64,000 bases of DNA from Dehalococcoidia bacterium. GTDB taxonomy: Bacteria > Chloroflexota > Dehalococcoidia > Plut-88900. The number at the start of each line of letters is the position of its first letter. Position 1 is the first letter of the stretch. A program made the translations under genes and the position numbers. The notes under the pieces were generated by a model, which was not told the origin of the DNA, did not search any database, and was given only the letters and a program-made list of their open reading frames with translations. The DNA lies in NCBI GenBank assembly GCA_965197645.1, contig OZ240219.1, positions 2,240,001-2,304,000 of the forward strand, written 5' to 3'. Positions 1 through 10,389 of the stretch are shown here, piece after piece.

Positions 1-62
1 TAAGGCCCAATTGCGGCATACGAAGATGTGGTTTAATATGCCCCGTAGCGGGAGGATAAGCG

Positions 63-956
63 ATGTTCGCGACGATAGGTAGAAGCTGGCAGCTGTACAA
101 GGTCTGCTGGCGAGTCTTGCTCCACGATAAAGAGCTCCTCCTCTTTCCGCTGTTCTCAGGCATCAGCCTGATCCTCACTATCGCCGTCATCTTCGGCAGC
201 GGCCTCGTGGGCCGGCTGGGCGACTCGGTCGACGAAGAGCTGGCCATGACCAACGCCGACTACGTGATCCTGGGCGTCTTCTACTTTATCAACTATTTCA
301 TCATCATCTACTTCAATGCCGCCATCATCGGGGCGGCCAGAATCCGCCTCCAGGGAGGCGACCCCACCCTTCGAGATGGGTTCCGAGCCGCCAACTCCAA
401 CCTCTCGGGCATTATAGGGTGGGCGGCCATTTCGGCAGTGGTCTCGCTGGTTTTCTACGCCATCGACAAGTTCGGTAGGCGCCAGTCCGGTGCCTCCGGC
501 ATAATCTTCATGCTTCTCAGCACCCTTCTCAGAGTGGCGTGGTCGGTCATCACGTACCTGGTAATTCCCGTACTCGTGGCCGAGAAGGTGGGCCCCATCG
601 AAGCCATCAAGCGTTCGGCAGCGCTGCTGAAGAAGACCTGGGGAGAGCAGTTGGTCAGCAACTTCGGGTTCGATCTGATGGTGATAATCCTGGCCATCCC
701 CATCGTGCTGGTTGCCCTTGCGATAGCGTTCATCATTCCCGCTCCCGCCGGAATCATCATTGCGGTGGCGATAGCTGTCGTCGGTTTGGGGCTGCTCATG
801 CTGGTGACGGCCGCCCTCCGGGCCATCTACATAGCCGCCCTGTACGAGTACGCCACTACCGGCGATCTGCCCCAGATATTCCCACGGCAGCTGGTTGCAG
901 ATAGCTGGAGGCCCCAATACCGCACCTATACAGGTGAGCCTTCCCAGGGCGCCTAG
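63..956 (+). CDS. Membrane protein, DUF6159-like
   Basis: 297 aa with several TM helices; GGAGG SD upstream; the N-terminal 'W..L..DKELLLFP' and 'RSAALLKKTWGE' patterns resemble DUF6159. Confidence 0.75.
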   Translation: MFATIGRSWQLYKVCWRVLLHDKELLLFPLFSGISLILTIAVIFGSGLVGRLGDSVDEELAMTNADYVILGVFYFINYFIIIYFNAAIIGAARIRLQGGDPTLRDGFRAANSNLSGIIGWAAISAVVSLVFYAIDKFGRRQSGASGIIFMLLSTLLRVAWSVITYLVIPVLVAEKVGPIEAIKRSAALLKKTWGEQLVSNFGFDLMVIILAIPIVLVALAIAFIIPAPAGIIIAVAIAVVGLGLLMLVTAALRAIYIAALYEYATTGDLPQIFPRQLVADSWRPQYRTYTGEPSQGA

Positions 957-1119
957 TGGAATTCGGAAGCGTCTCCCCGTTTCGGGGCTCCGGCTTGGAG
1001 TGGCCCCATCACCAGCTAATCGGCGAAACCGGAGAAACAACAGCCCCTAGCCTCAACGTGATACGCCGGTCCAACAACCGGGCCCGATCCCCCGGTTAGC
1101 CGGACAGGAGGGGAGACGT

Positions 1120-1977
1120 ATGGCAAACGAATCTTCCGGTGAGCTTGTCGATTGGCACAGCCACTGCTTCCTGGCCGAACACAAGAGCAAAGAGGCGCTG
1201 GCCGAGAGGGCCGCTTACGGCGTTAGAGGCAGTGACAACGGCACCCCGGAGCGACACCGAGCGGCCATGGAAGAGGCGGGCGTTGGGAAGTTCGTCGTGG
1301 TCAACGTCCCCTGGCGCAAGGGCCACGAGACCCCCAACAAGTTCATCGCCGACTACGTTGCCAAATACCCCGGAAAGGCCATCGGTCTGGCTTCCGTCCA
1401 TCCCAACGACCCTGGCGCCGCCCAGGAGTTCGAGCACAGCGTTAGGGACCTGGGGATCAAGGGCCTGAAACTGTCTCCGGTCTACCAGAGCTTCGATCCC
1501 TGGACTCCCGATGCCTACCGGCTGTTCGAGATAGCCCAGGACTACGAGGTGCCGGTGATGTTCCACATGGGCGGAATGTATGACCCCCACGCATCGCTGC
1601 AGTGGTCCAATCCCCTGTTACTGGACAAAGTGGGGCTGGACTTCCCAAACCTGCGTATCATCGTGGCCCATCTGGGTCAGCCCCACATGGAAGAGACGGT
1701 GATGTTGCTCAGGAAGAACAAGAATATGTTTGCCGACCTGTCCGCCCGATACCACAGGCAGTGGCAGCTCTACAACGGCCTGCAGGTGGCCATCGAGTAC
1801 AAGGTCACGGACAGGCTTCTCTTCGGCTCGGACTTCCCCGTCATGACACCCAGAGAGGCCGAGACCGCTTTCAAGGGCATCAACGACTGGGGGGATGGTA
1901 TTCGCCTACCGCCAATTCCTCCCGCACTGATCGAGGATATCCTCTACCAGCGTCCCTTCGAGCTGCTGGGGTTGTAG
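1120..1977 (+). CDS. Amidohydrolase_2 family metallohydrolase
   Basis: DWHSH metal motif, FHMG, AHLG, FGSDFP; AGGAGG SD. Confidence 0.9.
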   Translation: MANESSGELVDWHSHCFLAEHKSKEALAERAAYGVRGSDNGTPERHRAAMEEAGVGKFVVVNVPWRKGHETPNKFIADYVAKYPGKAIGLASVHPNDPGAAQEFEHSVRDLGIKGLKLSPVYQSFDPWTPDAYRLFEIAQDYEVPVMFHMGGMYDPHASLQWSNPLLLDKVGLDFPNLRIIVAHLGQPHMEETVMLLRKNKNMFADLSARYHRQWQLYNGLQVAIEYKVTDRLLFGSDFPVMTPREAETAFKGINDWGDGIRLPPIPPALIEDILYQRPFELLGL

Positions 1978-1980
1978 GCG

Positions 1981-2481
1981 TTACAGAGGGTTCTCCGGTT
2001 CCATAGGTATCTGCTCTGTGCCCTCGTATCGCTCGTCGGCGGGCAAACCGGGCCGAGCCGCGGCTTGTGTTGCTAGCTGATCGCATCGTTCGTTCTCACG
2101 ATTGCCCGAATGTCCTCTCACCCAGTGGCAACTGACTTCGTATGCTTCGCAAAGTTCAAGCAGCCTCCCCCATAGATCGGGATTTAATGCACGCTCTTTC
2201 TTGTTCCGTCGCCATCCGTTCGCACGCCATTTTGTTGCCCACCCATTCGAAAGAGCATCAACGACGTACTTCGAATCACAGTAGAGCTCGACCTTGCACT
2301 TCTCTTTCAGAGCCTCCAATCCCTGGATAACAGCAGTAAGCTCCATCCGGTTGTTCGTCGTCTTCCGGTAGCCGCCAGAGAGTTCCTTGCGGTGTTCTCC
2401 GAAAAGCAGTACAACCCCGAATCCACCCGGACCAGGGTTACCCAGGCATGCACCGTCGGTGTAGAGCTCAACCGTTCTCAT
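1981..2481 (-). CDS. rnhA: Ribonuclease HI
   Basis: YTDGACLGNPGPGG, TTNNRMEL, DSKYV, WVRGHSG..NERCD. Confidence 0.97.
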   Translation of the reverse strand: MRTVELYTDGACLGNPGPGGFGVVLLFGEHRKELSGGYRKTTNNRMELTAVIQGLEALKEKCKVELYCDSKYVVDALSNGWATKWRANGWRRNKKERALNPDLWGRLLELCEAYEVSCHWVRGHSGNRENERCDQLATQAAARPGLPADERYEGTEQIPMEPENPL

Positions 2482-2604
2482 TGCAGCGGTACGCTTGGAA
2501 TCGCAAGTTGGAGCAACGGTATCCTGCCCATAAAGCGGTCGACCTGCCGCTGGACCAACTGGAACGCGGCGGGAAAAGTCTTGATTCTCGCCGGCTAGAG
2601 GAAC

Positions 2605-3639
2605 CTAGCTACTGTTTCCGCAGACCGTCTCAAGGATGAGGCGGGTCACAACGTAGGGGTCCATGTTGGCGTTCGGGCGCCGGTCTTCGATGTACCCTTT
2701 GCCGTCCCGCTCCACCTGCCAGGGGATTCGCACCGATGCTCCCCTGTCCGAAACGCCGTAGCGAAACTCCTTGTAGGAGCAGGTTTCGTGCAGGCCGGTC
2801 AACCGGCCCTCGATCCCGAAGCCGTAGTTGGATATGTGGAGATCATGTCTCCGTTTTAGGGCCTCGGCGGCGTCGATGCAGGGCTGGTAGTCGGACCTCA
2901 TCTCCTTGGTGGAGAAGTTGGTGTGCGCCCCCGCGCCGTTCCAGTCTCCCTGAGCAGGCTTGGGATCAAGGGTAGCGATGATGCCTTCCTCTTCGGCGAT
3001 CCGGTACAGCAGCCACCTGGCGACCCAAAGCTGGTCCGACACCTCGGTAGCGCCGATGGCTCCCACCTGGAACTCCCACTGGCCCGGCATCACCTCGGCG
3101 TTGATGCCCTCAATATCGAGACCTGCCCTCAGGGAAGCGTCCAGATGGATCTCCACTGTATCCCTGCCGAAGATATGGTCCGGGCCCAGTCCGCAGTAGT
3201 AGTCCCCCTGGGGAGCGGGGTATCCCTCCTCGGGAAATCCCAAGGGCCTGGTGCCGGTGCCGCTGAGGAACGTGTATTCCTGCTCTATGCCGAAAATCAT
3301 CTCGTGGCCGGCATGCTTCTCGGCCATCTCTGCGCACCCGGCTCGGGTGTTGGTGGGATGGGGACTCAGGTCGGGCATGAGTACTTCGCATAGGACTAGA
3401 ATGTCGTTTCCCTCGCGTATCGGGTCGGGACAGGTGAACACAGGTCTCAGGACGCAGTCCGATGATTGGCCGGCAGCCTGATTGGTGCTCGATCCGTCGA
3501 AGGCCCAGATCGGCAGGTCCCCAGGAGCCGGCACGTCTCCACTGCTGCTCGGCACTATCTTCGTCTTGGAGCGTAGCGTGCTGGTGGGTTCCGTCCCATC
3601 GATCCAGATGTATTCTGCTTTTATGACGCCTGTACTCAC
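2605..3639 (-). CDS. glnII: Glutamine synthetase type II
   Basis: 344 aa; AEYIWIDG, RSKTK, FDGSST, GIEQEY, NAEVMPGQWEFQVG, DWNGAGAHTNFST, RLTGLHET, EDRRP. Confidence 0.95.
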   Translation of the reverse strand: MSTGVIKAEYIWIDGTEPTSTLRSKTKIVPSSSGDVPAPGDLPIWAFDGSSTNQAAGQSSDCVLRPVFTCPDPIREGNDILVLCEVLMPDLSPHPTNTRAGCAEMAEKHAGHEMIFGIEQEYTFLSGTGTRPLGFPEEGYPAPQGDYYCGLGPDHIFGRDTVEIHLDASLRAGLDIEGINAEVMPGQWEFQVGAIGATEVSDQLWVARWLLYRIAEEEGIIATLDPKPAQGDWNGAGAHTNFSTKEMRSDYQPCIDAAEALKRRHDLHISNYGFGIEGRLTGLHETCSYKEFRYGVSDRGASVRIPWQVERDGKGYIEDRRPNANMDPYVVTRLILETVCGNSS

Positions 3640-3824
3640 TCCAACTCCTCCTCAAGGAAATTTGTGTCGCTACTATTATCTTGTAGAACGCGAATACGAG
3701 ATCCGGCCGCGGCTGAATCTCGCTCTCTACATTACGAATTATAGTACACGCGGATTGATGCGATTGTCTAGCGTAACGAGCCGAGAAGTGCGAAGCTTGT
3801 TTCACTCTGCGGTTGCTGACCGCT

Positions 3825-3833
3825 TGGTATAAT
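3825..3833 (+). promoter_or_regulatory. Extended -10 (TGgTATAAT) upstream of the amidase pair
   Basis: Exact TGnTATAAT in the divergent glnII/amidase intergenic region. Confidence 0.55.
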
Positions 3834-3928
3834 GCCGGCAACACTAAGCTGCCATTAACACGGGACCGTCATACGAAGATTGCTGCCCGGAAACCCCGAG
3901 GAACTGCCAAATCGGCTGGAGCGAAAGT

Positions 3929-5356
3929 ATGGCTATGAACGAATTGAACACCCTAACCGCCCGAGAAGCCGTCGAGCTGTTGAAGACGCGGAAGGTATCA
4001 TCCGAGGAGCTGATCGATGCCGCCGTCCAGCGCATCGAGGAGACCGATGGCGACCTCAATGCCCTGCCTACTCTGTGCATCGATAGGGCGAAGAACAACG
4101 CCGGCGAGCTGGCCCGGAACACACCTTCGGACCCTCCGCCGGGCTACCTGTACGGATTGCCCATAGCCGTCAAGGACCTCTCCAACGTGGCTGGCGTCCG
4201 CAGTACCATGGGCTCGCCCCTGTTCGCAGACAACGTGCCCGACGCCTCCAGCTACGTCGTGGAGATGCTGGAGGCCAGCGGCGGCATCGTGCTGGCCAAA
4301 TCCAACACTCCCGAGTTCGGCGCCGGCGCCAACACCTTCAACGAGGTGTTTGGCAAGACGGTCAATCCCTGGGACACCCGCATGACCTGCGGCGGGTCGT
4401 CGGGCGGTTCGGCGGTGGCCCTGGCAACGGGGCAAGTGTGGCTGGCCACGGGGAGCGATCTCGGGGGCAGCCTGCGAATCCCGGCCAGCTTCTGCTCCGT
4501 AATCGGCTTGCGGCCCAGTCCCGGACGGGTGCCGCAGGGCCCGCGAGAGTTCCCTTTCGGGACCATGTCCGTCGAGGGGCCCATGGGCAGAAACGTGGGC
4601 GATGCTGCGCTCATGCTGGATGCGGAATCGGGCCTTCACTCCCGGGACCCCATCAGCTATCCATCTCCCTCGACTCCCTATGTCGAAGCCGTCGATAACC
4701 CGGTACGACCGGCGAAAGTCGCCTTCACACCCAACCTGGGTGTCGCTCCCGTGGAGCCGGAGGTTGTCGATGTCTGCACTCAAGCCGTTCAGCTGTTCGA
4801 GGCCATCGGCGCTGAGGTGGAAGAGGACACCATCGATATGCACGATGCCAGCCCGACCTTTCAGACCCTCCGTGCGGCCGGGTTCGCCGCGGGGATGAAG
4901 TCGTTGCTCGAGAACCGGAGCGACCAGCTCAAACCGGAGATCATCTGGAACATCGAGAAGGGGCTGGCCCTCTCGACGGAGGAGGTCGCCGACTCCGAGC
5001 GGGCCCGGGGCGCACTCTTTCAGCGGACCGCGGATTTTTTCGACCGCTACGACCTGCTGTTGACCCCGGCCGTCGCCGTACCACCCTTTGACGTCGACAT
5101 CCGCTACGTAACCGAAATCGACGGCGTCCAGATGGACAACTACATCGACTGGGCCCTGTTGACTTCCGCTCTTACCCTTACCGCCTGCCCCGCCATATCG
5201 GTCCCATGCGGATTTACCGAGGCCGGGCTGCCAGTCGGGCTTCAGATAATGGCTCCACATAGGGAAGAGGCCCGGCTGCTCTCTGCCGCAGCGCTGTTCG
5301 AGGAGGCTACGGGTCTGGCAGATCTGGTACCCCTGGATCCCAGGGTGAGCGCATAG
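3929..5356 (+). CDS. Amidase signature family enzyme
   Basis: PIAVKD, GGSSGGSAVA, GSDLGGSLRIP (Lys-cisSer-Ser triad motifs). Confidence 0.93.
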   Translation: MAMNELNTLTAREAVELLKTRKVSSEELIDAAVQRIEETDGDLNALPTLCIDRAKNNAGELARNTPSDPPPGYLYGLPIAVKDLSNVAGVRSTMGSPLFADNVPDASSYVVEMLEASGGIVLAKSNTPEFGAGANTFNEVFGKTVNPWDTRMTCGGSSGGSAVALATGQVWLATGSDLGGSLRIPASFCSVIGLRPSPGRVPQGPREFPFGTMSVEGPMGRNVGDAALMLDAESGLHSRDPISYPSPSTPYVEAVDNPVRPAKVAFTPNLGVAPVEPEVVDVCTQAVQLFEAIGAEVEEDTIDMHDASPTFQTLRAAGFAAGMKSLLENRSDQLKPEIIWNIEKGLALSTEEVADSERARGALFQRTADFFDRYDLLLTPAVAVPPFDVDIRYVTEIDGVQMDNYIDWALLTSALTLTACPAISVPCGFTEAGLPVGLQIMAPHREEARLLSAAALFEEATGLADLVPLDPRVSA

Positions 5357-5492
5357 AGAGGGCTTCTCTTGGGGCTGGCGGTCCCGTAACGATAACCTGG
5401 AGACACGTCACGCTATCGAGGCTAGGAACACTGTTCACCTCTTCGCCGAGTGAGAAGGGCTCACCTCTCCGGCGAGGGATAAGGAGACGGGC

Positions 5493-6881
5493 ATGGACGA
5501 TATTACGACCACCTCCGCCGCGAAGTTGGCTCAGGCTATCAGCGACAAGAGGGTCTCGGCTACCGAGGTCGTACAGGCGCACATCGACCGGATAAAGGAG
5601 GTCAATCCCAAGCTGAATGCCGTCGTTAAACTCGTTGAGGAGAGGGCCATTTCCGAGGCGAGAGAGGCCGACGAGGCTCTGGCAAAGGGCGAAAGCGTGG
5701 GGCCTCTTCACGGGGTGCCCATTACCATCAAGGACTCCCTGAATACCGAGGGCATAGTCTCCACCGGAGGCACCAAGGGCCGGTCTTCCTTCGTCCCGGA
5801 TCGGGACGCCACAGCGGTAGCCAGGCTGCGGGCCGCAGGAGCTATTCTCATGGGCAAGACCAACACCCCCGAGCTGACCCTGGACGGAGAGACGGACAAT
5901 CTGATCTACGGACGGACCAACAACCCGTATGACCTGGCTCGTAGTCCGGGCGGCAGCAGTGGCGGCGCCGCCGCCATCGTCTCGGCGGCGGGCTCCCCGC
6001 TGGATATCGGTAGCGATACCGGCGGCAGCATCAGGGGCCCGGCCCACGACTGTGGAATCGCAGGCATCAAACCGACGTCGGGCAGGGTCCCGAGGACCGG
6101 CCACATCGTTCCGTATGGCATGGGCGCACAGGACGCCCTCACCCAGCTGGGCCCCATGGCCCGCTACGTCGAGGACCTGACCCTCGCCCTTGGCATAATC
6201 GCCGGGCCGGACATGGAGGACCCAGCCATAGTGCCGGCTCCGCTGGGAGATCCGGCATTAGTAGACATAAAGACCCTTAAGATCGCCACGCACTCCAACA
6301 ACGGGCTGGTCGATCCCACGCCAGAGACCACCGAGGCTGTAAGCCGGGCAGCTGCAGCCTTGTCCGAGGCGGGAGTGTCGGTGACGGAAGACGTGCCCGA
6401 GGCCCTAAAACGGAGCACGGACCTCTACGACCGGCTGGAGAGCATCGATGGCCGGACCTGGGTACGGCGCATGCTGAAGAAGGCCGGCACCACCGAGGTG
6501 GGAGACTTGCTGACTAAAATGTTGGCCGAGGCAAAGATGGGCTCCTCTGAGCAGTTCTCCAAGCTGTTGGAGGAGCTAGACGAGTATCGAAGTCTGATGC
6601 TCCAGTTCATGGCCAACTACGATGCCCTGCTCGTTCCCTCCATCTCTCACCCGGCCGTGCTGCACGGTGAAAGCCACAACGAGGAGTACAGCGACTACAG
6701 CCACACCAGCGCCTACAACCTCACCGGCTGGCCGGGTGCAGTGGTGCGGGGAGGCACGTCGCCGGAGGGCATGCCGATAGGCGTCCAGGTTGTGGCCAGG
6801 CCTTGGCGCGAGGACGTGGCCCTAGCCCTCGCCCAGCATCTCGAGACGGCTCTTGGAGGCTGGCAGCCTCCCCCGCTATGA
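5493..6881 (+). CDS. Amidase signature family enzyme (paralog group A)
   Basis: PITIKD, GGSSGG, GSDTGGSIRGP; AAGGAG SD. Confidence 0.93.
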   Translation: MDDITTTSAAKLAQAISDKRVSATEVVQAHIDRIKEVNPKLNAVVKLVEERAISEAREADEALAKGESVGPLHGVPITIKDSLNTEGIVSTGGTKGRSSFVPDRDATAVARLRAAGAILMGKTNTPELTLDGETDNLIYGRTNNPYDLARSPGGSSGGAAAIVSAAGSPLDIGSDTGGSIRGPAHDCGIAGIKPTSGRVPRTGHIVPYGMGAQDALTQLGPMARYVEDLTLALGIIAGPDMEDPAIVPAPLGDPALVDIKTLKIATHSNNGLVDPTPETTEAVSRAAAALSEAGVSVTEDVPEALKRSTDLYDRLESIDGRTWVRRMLKKAGTTEVGDLLTKMLAEAKMGSSEQFSKLLEELDEYRSLMLQFMANYDALLVPSISHPAVLHGESHNEEYSDYSHTSAYNLTGWPGAVVRGGTSPEGMPIGVQVVARPWREDVALALAQHLETALGGWQPPPL

Positions 6882-6900
6882 TAGGCTTCGAGGTCCAGCC

Positions 6901-8778
6901 GTGCTCATAGCGAGCCTGCATAACATAGCCCATCATTTCGGTGGCCAGGACGTCCTTCGGGACGTTACCCTGGAAATCAACTCGGGGCAGAAGCTGGGGC
7001 TCATCGGCTCCAACGGGGCCGGCAAGACCACCCTCGTCCGAATACTGCTCGGCGACGAGCAGCCGGCCAGGGGTACGGTGTTCCTGGCCGACGGAATCCG
7101 GGTTGGATATCTCCCCCAACACCTGGAAAATGCCCAGGACGCCACGGTCCTCGACTACCTCCTGTCGCGACAGCGTCACGTTTCAGCCCAGCTGAGACGG
7201 GCCGAGGAGGCCCTGTCCACAGCCACCGACGGACTTCTGGACAAGGCTTCCAGAGAGTATCAGCGGGCCCGTGACGAGTACGATCGCATAGACGGCGATC
7301 TGCTTCCCCAGCGGGCGGCTTCCATGCTGGATTCCATGGGGATCGGACATAAAGGAGACCAGGCCGTCGAGTCCCTGTCGGGCGGCGAGAGAAGCGTCTT
7401 GTCCCTGGCCCGGGCCCTGCTGGACGAGCCGGAGTTCCTGGTCCTCGATGAGCCGGCGAACCACTTGGACTACCTCAGCGTTGTCTGGCTGGAGGACTTC
7501 CTGAATCGATTCAAGGGCGCCGTCCTGGTGGTCTCCCACAACAGGTATCTGCTGGACCGCGTCGTCGACGGCATTGTGGAGCTGGATTCGGGACGATGTC
7601 GCTACTACGACGGAGGCTACTCCGAGTACCGGGCGGGTAAGCTGCAAGATCTCTTGGCGCAACAGTCCGACTATCTGGTCCAACAAAAACGTCTGGCCCA
7701 GCTGACGGCGTTGGTCCAAAAGTTCGAGGTGCTGGCCAGCGCTCACCCGGACCCCAAGTGGGGCAAGCGGCTGCGGGCCAGGCGTTCGCAGCTGGCGCGT
7801 GAGCAGTCTCAGGCCATCGATAGGCCTACGATCGAACGAAATCCCGTCCGCGCCCGGTTCGAAGCGGATAGGTCCCAGGCCAACATCGCTCTCCAGCTTC
7901 GCGGTTACACCAAGGCCTTTGGAGAGCTGGTTCTGCTGCGTGACGTGAGCCTGGATATCGCCGGTGGGGAGCGGGTCGCCCTGGTTGGGCCCAACGGGTG
8001 CGGCAAGACCTCTCTCCTGGAAGACATCGTCGGTACCGGCGCCTGGGAGAACCTAGTGGTGCGCGTCGGGCGAAGCATGAACATCGGTTACTCGCCCCAG
8101 GAGCAAAAGGGCCTGGTGGGCAACGAGAGGGTTATGGAATCCATCAGGACCACCGCCCCCATCAGCGAGGGAGACGCCCTGAGCCTGATAGCCCGCTTCG
8201 GCTTCACGAAGGACGACTCGGAGAAGAAGATCAGCAACCTTTCCGGCGGCGAGAAGAACCGTCTCCATCTGGCCCGGCTGATGCTGCTCAAGCCCAACTT
8301 TCTAATATTGGACGAACCCACCAACCACCTGGACATCCTGTCCCGGGAGGCTGTCGAGGAAGCCCTGGAGGACTTCAAAGGGACCATCCTGGTGGTGTCC
8401 CACGATCGATACTTCCTCGACAAGGTGGCCAACCGGGTGGTAGAGGTCGAGGACGGGCAGCTGACGTCCTATCCGGGCAATTTCACCGAGTTCTGGCTGG
8501 CCAGGCGCAAATTCACGCCTCGTACGGCGCTGCGAAAAGTGAAGGTATCCAGACCTCGACAGAGAAGGCGGAACGAGAACAAGGCCCCATCTAAGCCTAA
8601 TGATGGCAATGACGTAGAAGGCCAGATTAGAGAGGCGGAGACCGAGAAGCTGGAGTTGGAACATCGTATGGCCGAGGCCTTTGCCAAAAACGATTATCGG
8701 GAGGGTCGGAAGGTAGAGCGGCGTCTGAAGCAGGTCAACGCCGTGATCTCCGATCTGTATGACAAATGGAACGAGTAG
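6901..8778 (+). CDS. ABC-F family ATPase
   Basis: Two NBDs (GSNGAGKT/LSGGE/LDEP; GPNGCGKT/LSGGE/LDEPTNHLD), no TM segments, coiled-coil tail; GTG start at 6901 avoids overlap with the amidase. Confidence 0.9.
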   Translation: MLIASLHNIAHHFGGQDVLRDVTLEINSGQKLGLIGSNGAGKTTLVRILLGDEQPARGTVFLADGIRVGYLPQHLENAQDATVLDYLLSRQRHVSAQLRRAEEALSTATDGLLDKASREYQRARDEYDRIDGDLLPQRAASMLDSMGIGHKGDQAVESLSGGERSVLSLARALLDEPEFLVLDEPANHLDYLSVVWLEDFLNRFKGAVLVVSHNRYLLDRVVDGIVELDSGRCRYYDGGYSEYRAGKLQDLLAQQSDYLVQQKRLAQLTALVQKFEVLASAHPDPKWGKRLRARRSQLAREQSQAIDRPTIERNPVRARFEADRSQANIALQLRGYTKAFGELVLLRDVSLDIAGGERVALVGPNGCGKTSLLEDIVGTGAWENLVVRVGRSMNIGYSPQEQKGLVGNERVMESIRTTAPISEGDALSLIARFGFTKDDSEKKISNLSGGEKNRLHLARLMLLKPNFLILDEPTNHLDILSREAVEEALEDFKGTILVVSHDRYFLDKVANRVVEVEDGQLTSYPGNFTEFWLARRKFTPRTALRKVKVSRPRQRRRNENKAPSKPNDGNDVEGQIREAETEKLELEHRMAEAFAKNDYREGRKVERRLKQVNAVISDLYDKWNE

Positions 8779-9031
8779 CCGGCCTGCGGCAATCGGCAAT
8801 GGCAGTCTGTAGCTAACATAAGTCGTTGGTTTGCCTTTTCGTCCGCAACCGTCGAGGACACGCCTGTTCCGAGCGGAGTCCGAGCGTCTAAGGGTGGGTT
8901 GCCGATGAAGCTCCAATACGTTACGCCTGTGGTAGACTTCACCAGAGTCAGCTCTACCAGGCCAAGAAGCTGTACAGAGCCATACGTTCGGCTTCAGCCC
9001 ATGCCTGTAGCAATCGGGAGCAGTGATCATC

Positions 9032-9664
9032 ATGGATGAAAAACCGCCCGAGTTTAGAAACATCTACACGGCGAAGGACAGCGAAGAACTGGCGGATATA
9101 TACTCAGAGATGGCCGACCACTACGATAGCTCTCTCCAGACCGGTTGGGGATGGACCATACCCGACTTCACCGCTGACGTTTTCGCCAGATACGTCGACC
9201 ACGGTTCCTGGATCCTGGACGCAGGAGCCGGCACCGGACTGGCAGGCGAGGCTCTCGTCAAGCGGGGCTACCGCAACATCATCGGCATCGACCTTACCGA
9301 GGCGATGCTGGCCCAAGCCCGAGCCAAGGACGTTTATCGTAAGCTGCACCTGATGGAGCTGGGAGAGCCTCTGGCGTTCCCGGTGGACCGTTTCGATGCG
9401 GTGATATCAGTGGGTGTGATGACCATGGGCCACGCCCCACCCAGGTCCCTCGATGAGCTGGTCAGGATCACTAAACCCGGCGGACACATCGTTTATACCC
9501 TGCGCCCCGATTGGTACCTGCTGGGCGGCTTCCGAGAAAAGCACATCGTGCTGGAGGCCGGCGGACAATGGGAGTTTCTAGAGCGTACCGAACCCTTCGT
9601 AACCAGGCCCCAGGAGGGACCCGACGTCGTCTTCGAGGTCTGGGTATTTCAGGTGCTGGACTAG
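9032..9664 (+). CDS. Class I SAM-dependent methyltransferase
   Basis: ILDAGAGTG motif I, GID, FDAVIS, KPGG. Confidence 0.88.
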   Translation: MDEKPPEFRNIYTAKDSEELADIYSEMADHYDSSLQTGWGWTIPDFTADVFARYVDHGSWILDAGAGTGLAGEALVKRGYRNIIGIDLTEAMLAQARAKDVYRKLHLMELGEPLAFPVDRFDAVISVGVMTMGHAPPRSLDELVRITKPGGHIVYTLRPDWYLLGGFREKHIVLEAGGQWEFLERTEPFVTRPQEGPDVVFEVWVFQVLD

Positions 9665-9668
9665 GCAT

Positions 9669-10316
9669 ATGCAAGAGACCCGTCAGTCCAAACGAGCCAA
9701 GAAGCGGTACAGGTCCAATGCTCCCCGCTATGATAGCTACATGTCCGGCGCGCAAGATTTGCGCGTGTCGACCGTCGAGCGATTGGCCCTGAGTCCCGGA
9801 GACACGGTGCTGGACCTTGGTTGCGGCACCGGTCTGAGCTTTCAGTTTCTGCAGGATGCGGTAACATCCGAAGGGCGGATCATCGGTGTGGACGTCAGCT
9901 CGGACATGCTCAGCCAGGCACAAGCTAGAATCGAAGACCACGGATGGCGCAACGTCACCCTCATCGAAGGAAACGCCAGCACCATCGAGGTCCCGGGACC
10001 GGTGGATGGCGTACTCTGCTACTTCACCCATGACATCATGAACTCCAGGCCCGCCGTTGAGCGCGCTCTGTCGACGCTCAAGGATGGCGGCAGGTACGTG
10101 GCTGTCGGAATCAAAAAGGTGAAGGGCCTGCGGGGGATACCCAAGAACATTAGGGCCTATATGAACTCGGGCCGATTCATCACAACCAAGGTCTTCGCCA
10201 CCCTGTTCTGGGGGACCGCCGTGCCCTGGGCAAATCTGGATGAGCTGATGGGACCCCTGGAGTTCGAGGAGATCCGAGGCGGCACCGACTACATCGCTTG
10301 TGCAGTAAAGCATTAG
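9669..10316 (+). CDS. Class I SAM-dependent methyltransferase
   Basis: VLDLGCGTG, GVD, LKDGG; 4 nt after the previous gene. Confidence 0.88.
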   Translation: MQETRQSKRAKKRYRSNAPRYDSYMSGAQDLRVSTVERLALSPGDTVLDLGCGTGLSFQFLQDAVTSEGRIIGVDVSSDMLSQAQARIEDHGWRNVTLIEGNASTIEVPGPVDGVLCYFTHDIMNSRPAVERALSTLKDGGRYVAVGIKKVKGLRGIPKNIRAYMNSGRFITTKVFATLFWGTAVPWANLDELMGPLEFEEIRGGTDYIACAVKH

Positions 10317-10318
10317 GC

Positions 10319-10346
10319 TTGTGCGGTAAAGAGTTAATGGTATAGT
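10319..10346 (+). promoter_or_regulatory. Sigma70-like promoter
   Basis: TTGTGC-N16-TATAGT with TGn extension, upstream of the AGAGG SD and the ATG at 10390. Confidence 0.5.
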
Positions 10347-10389
10347 TTCCTGTGAGTAGAGTGCTCCTCCTAGTAAGCAGAGGTGGACC

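Noticed and set aside
3640-3840. glnA glutamine riboswitch or NtcA box upstream of glnII
   Set aside because: No recognisable glnA-motif consensus; the GTA...TAC candidate has a 9-nt spacer rather than 8
6901-8778. Antibiotic-resistance (ARE) ABC-F
   Set aside because: The subfamily cannot be assigned by eye; there is no leader peptide or mobile context
8779-9020. Possible gene remnant between the ABC-F and methyltransferase genes
   Set aside because: No frame gives a recognisable motif, so it cannot be supported without a search
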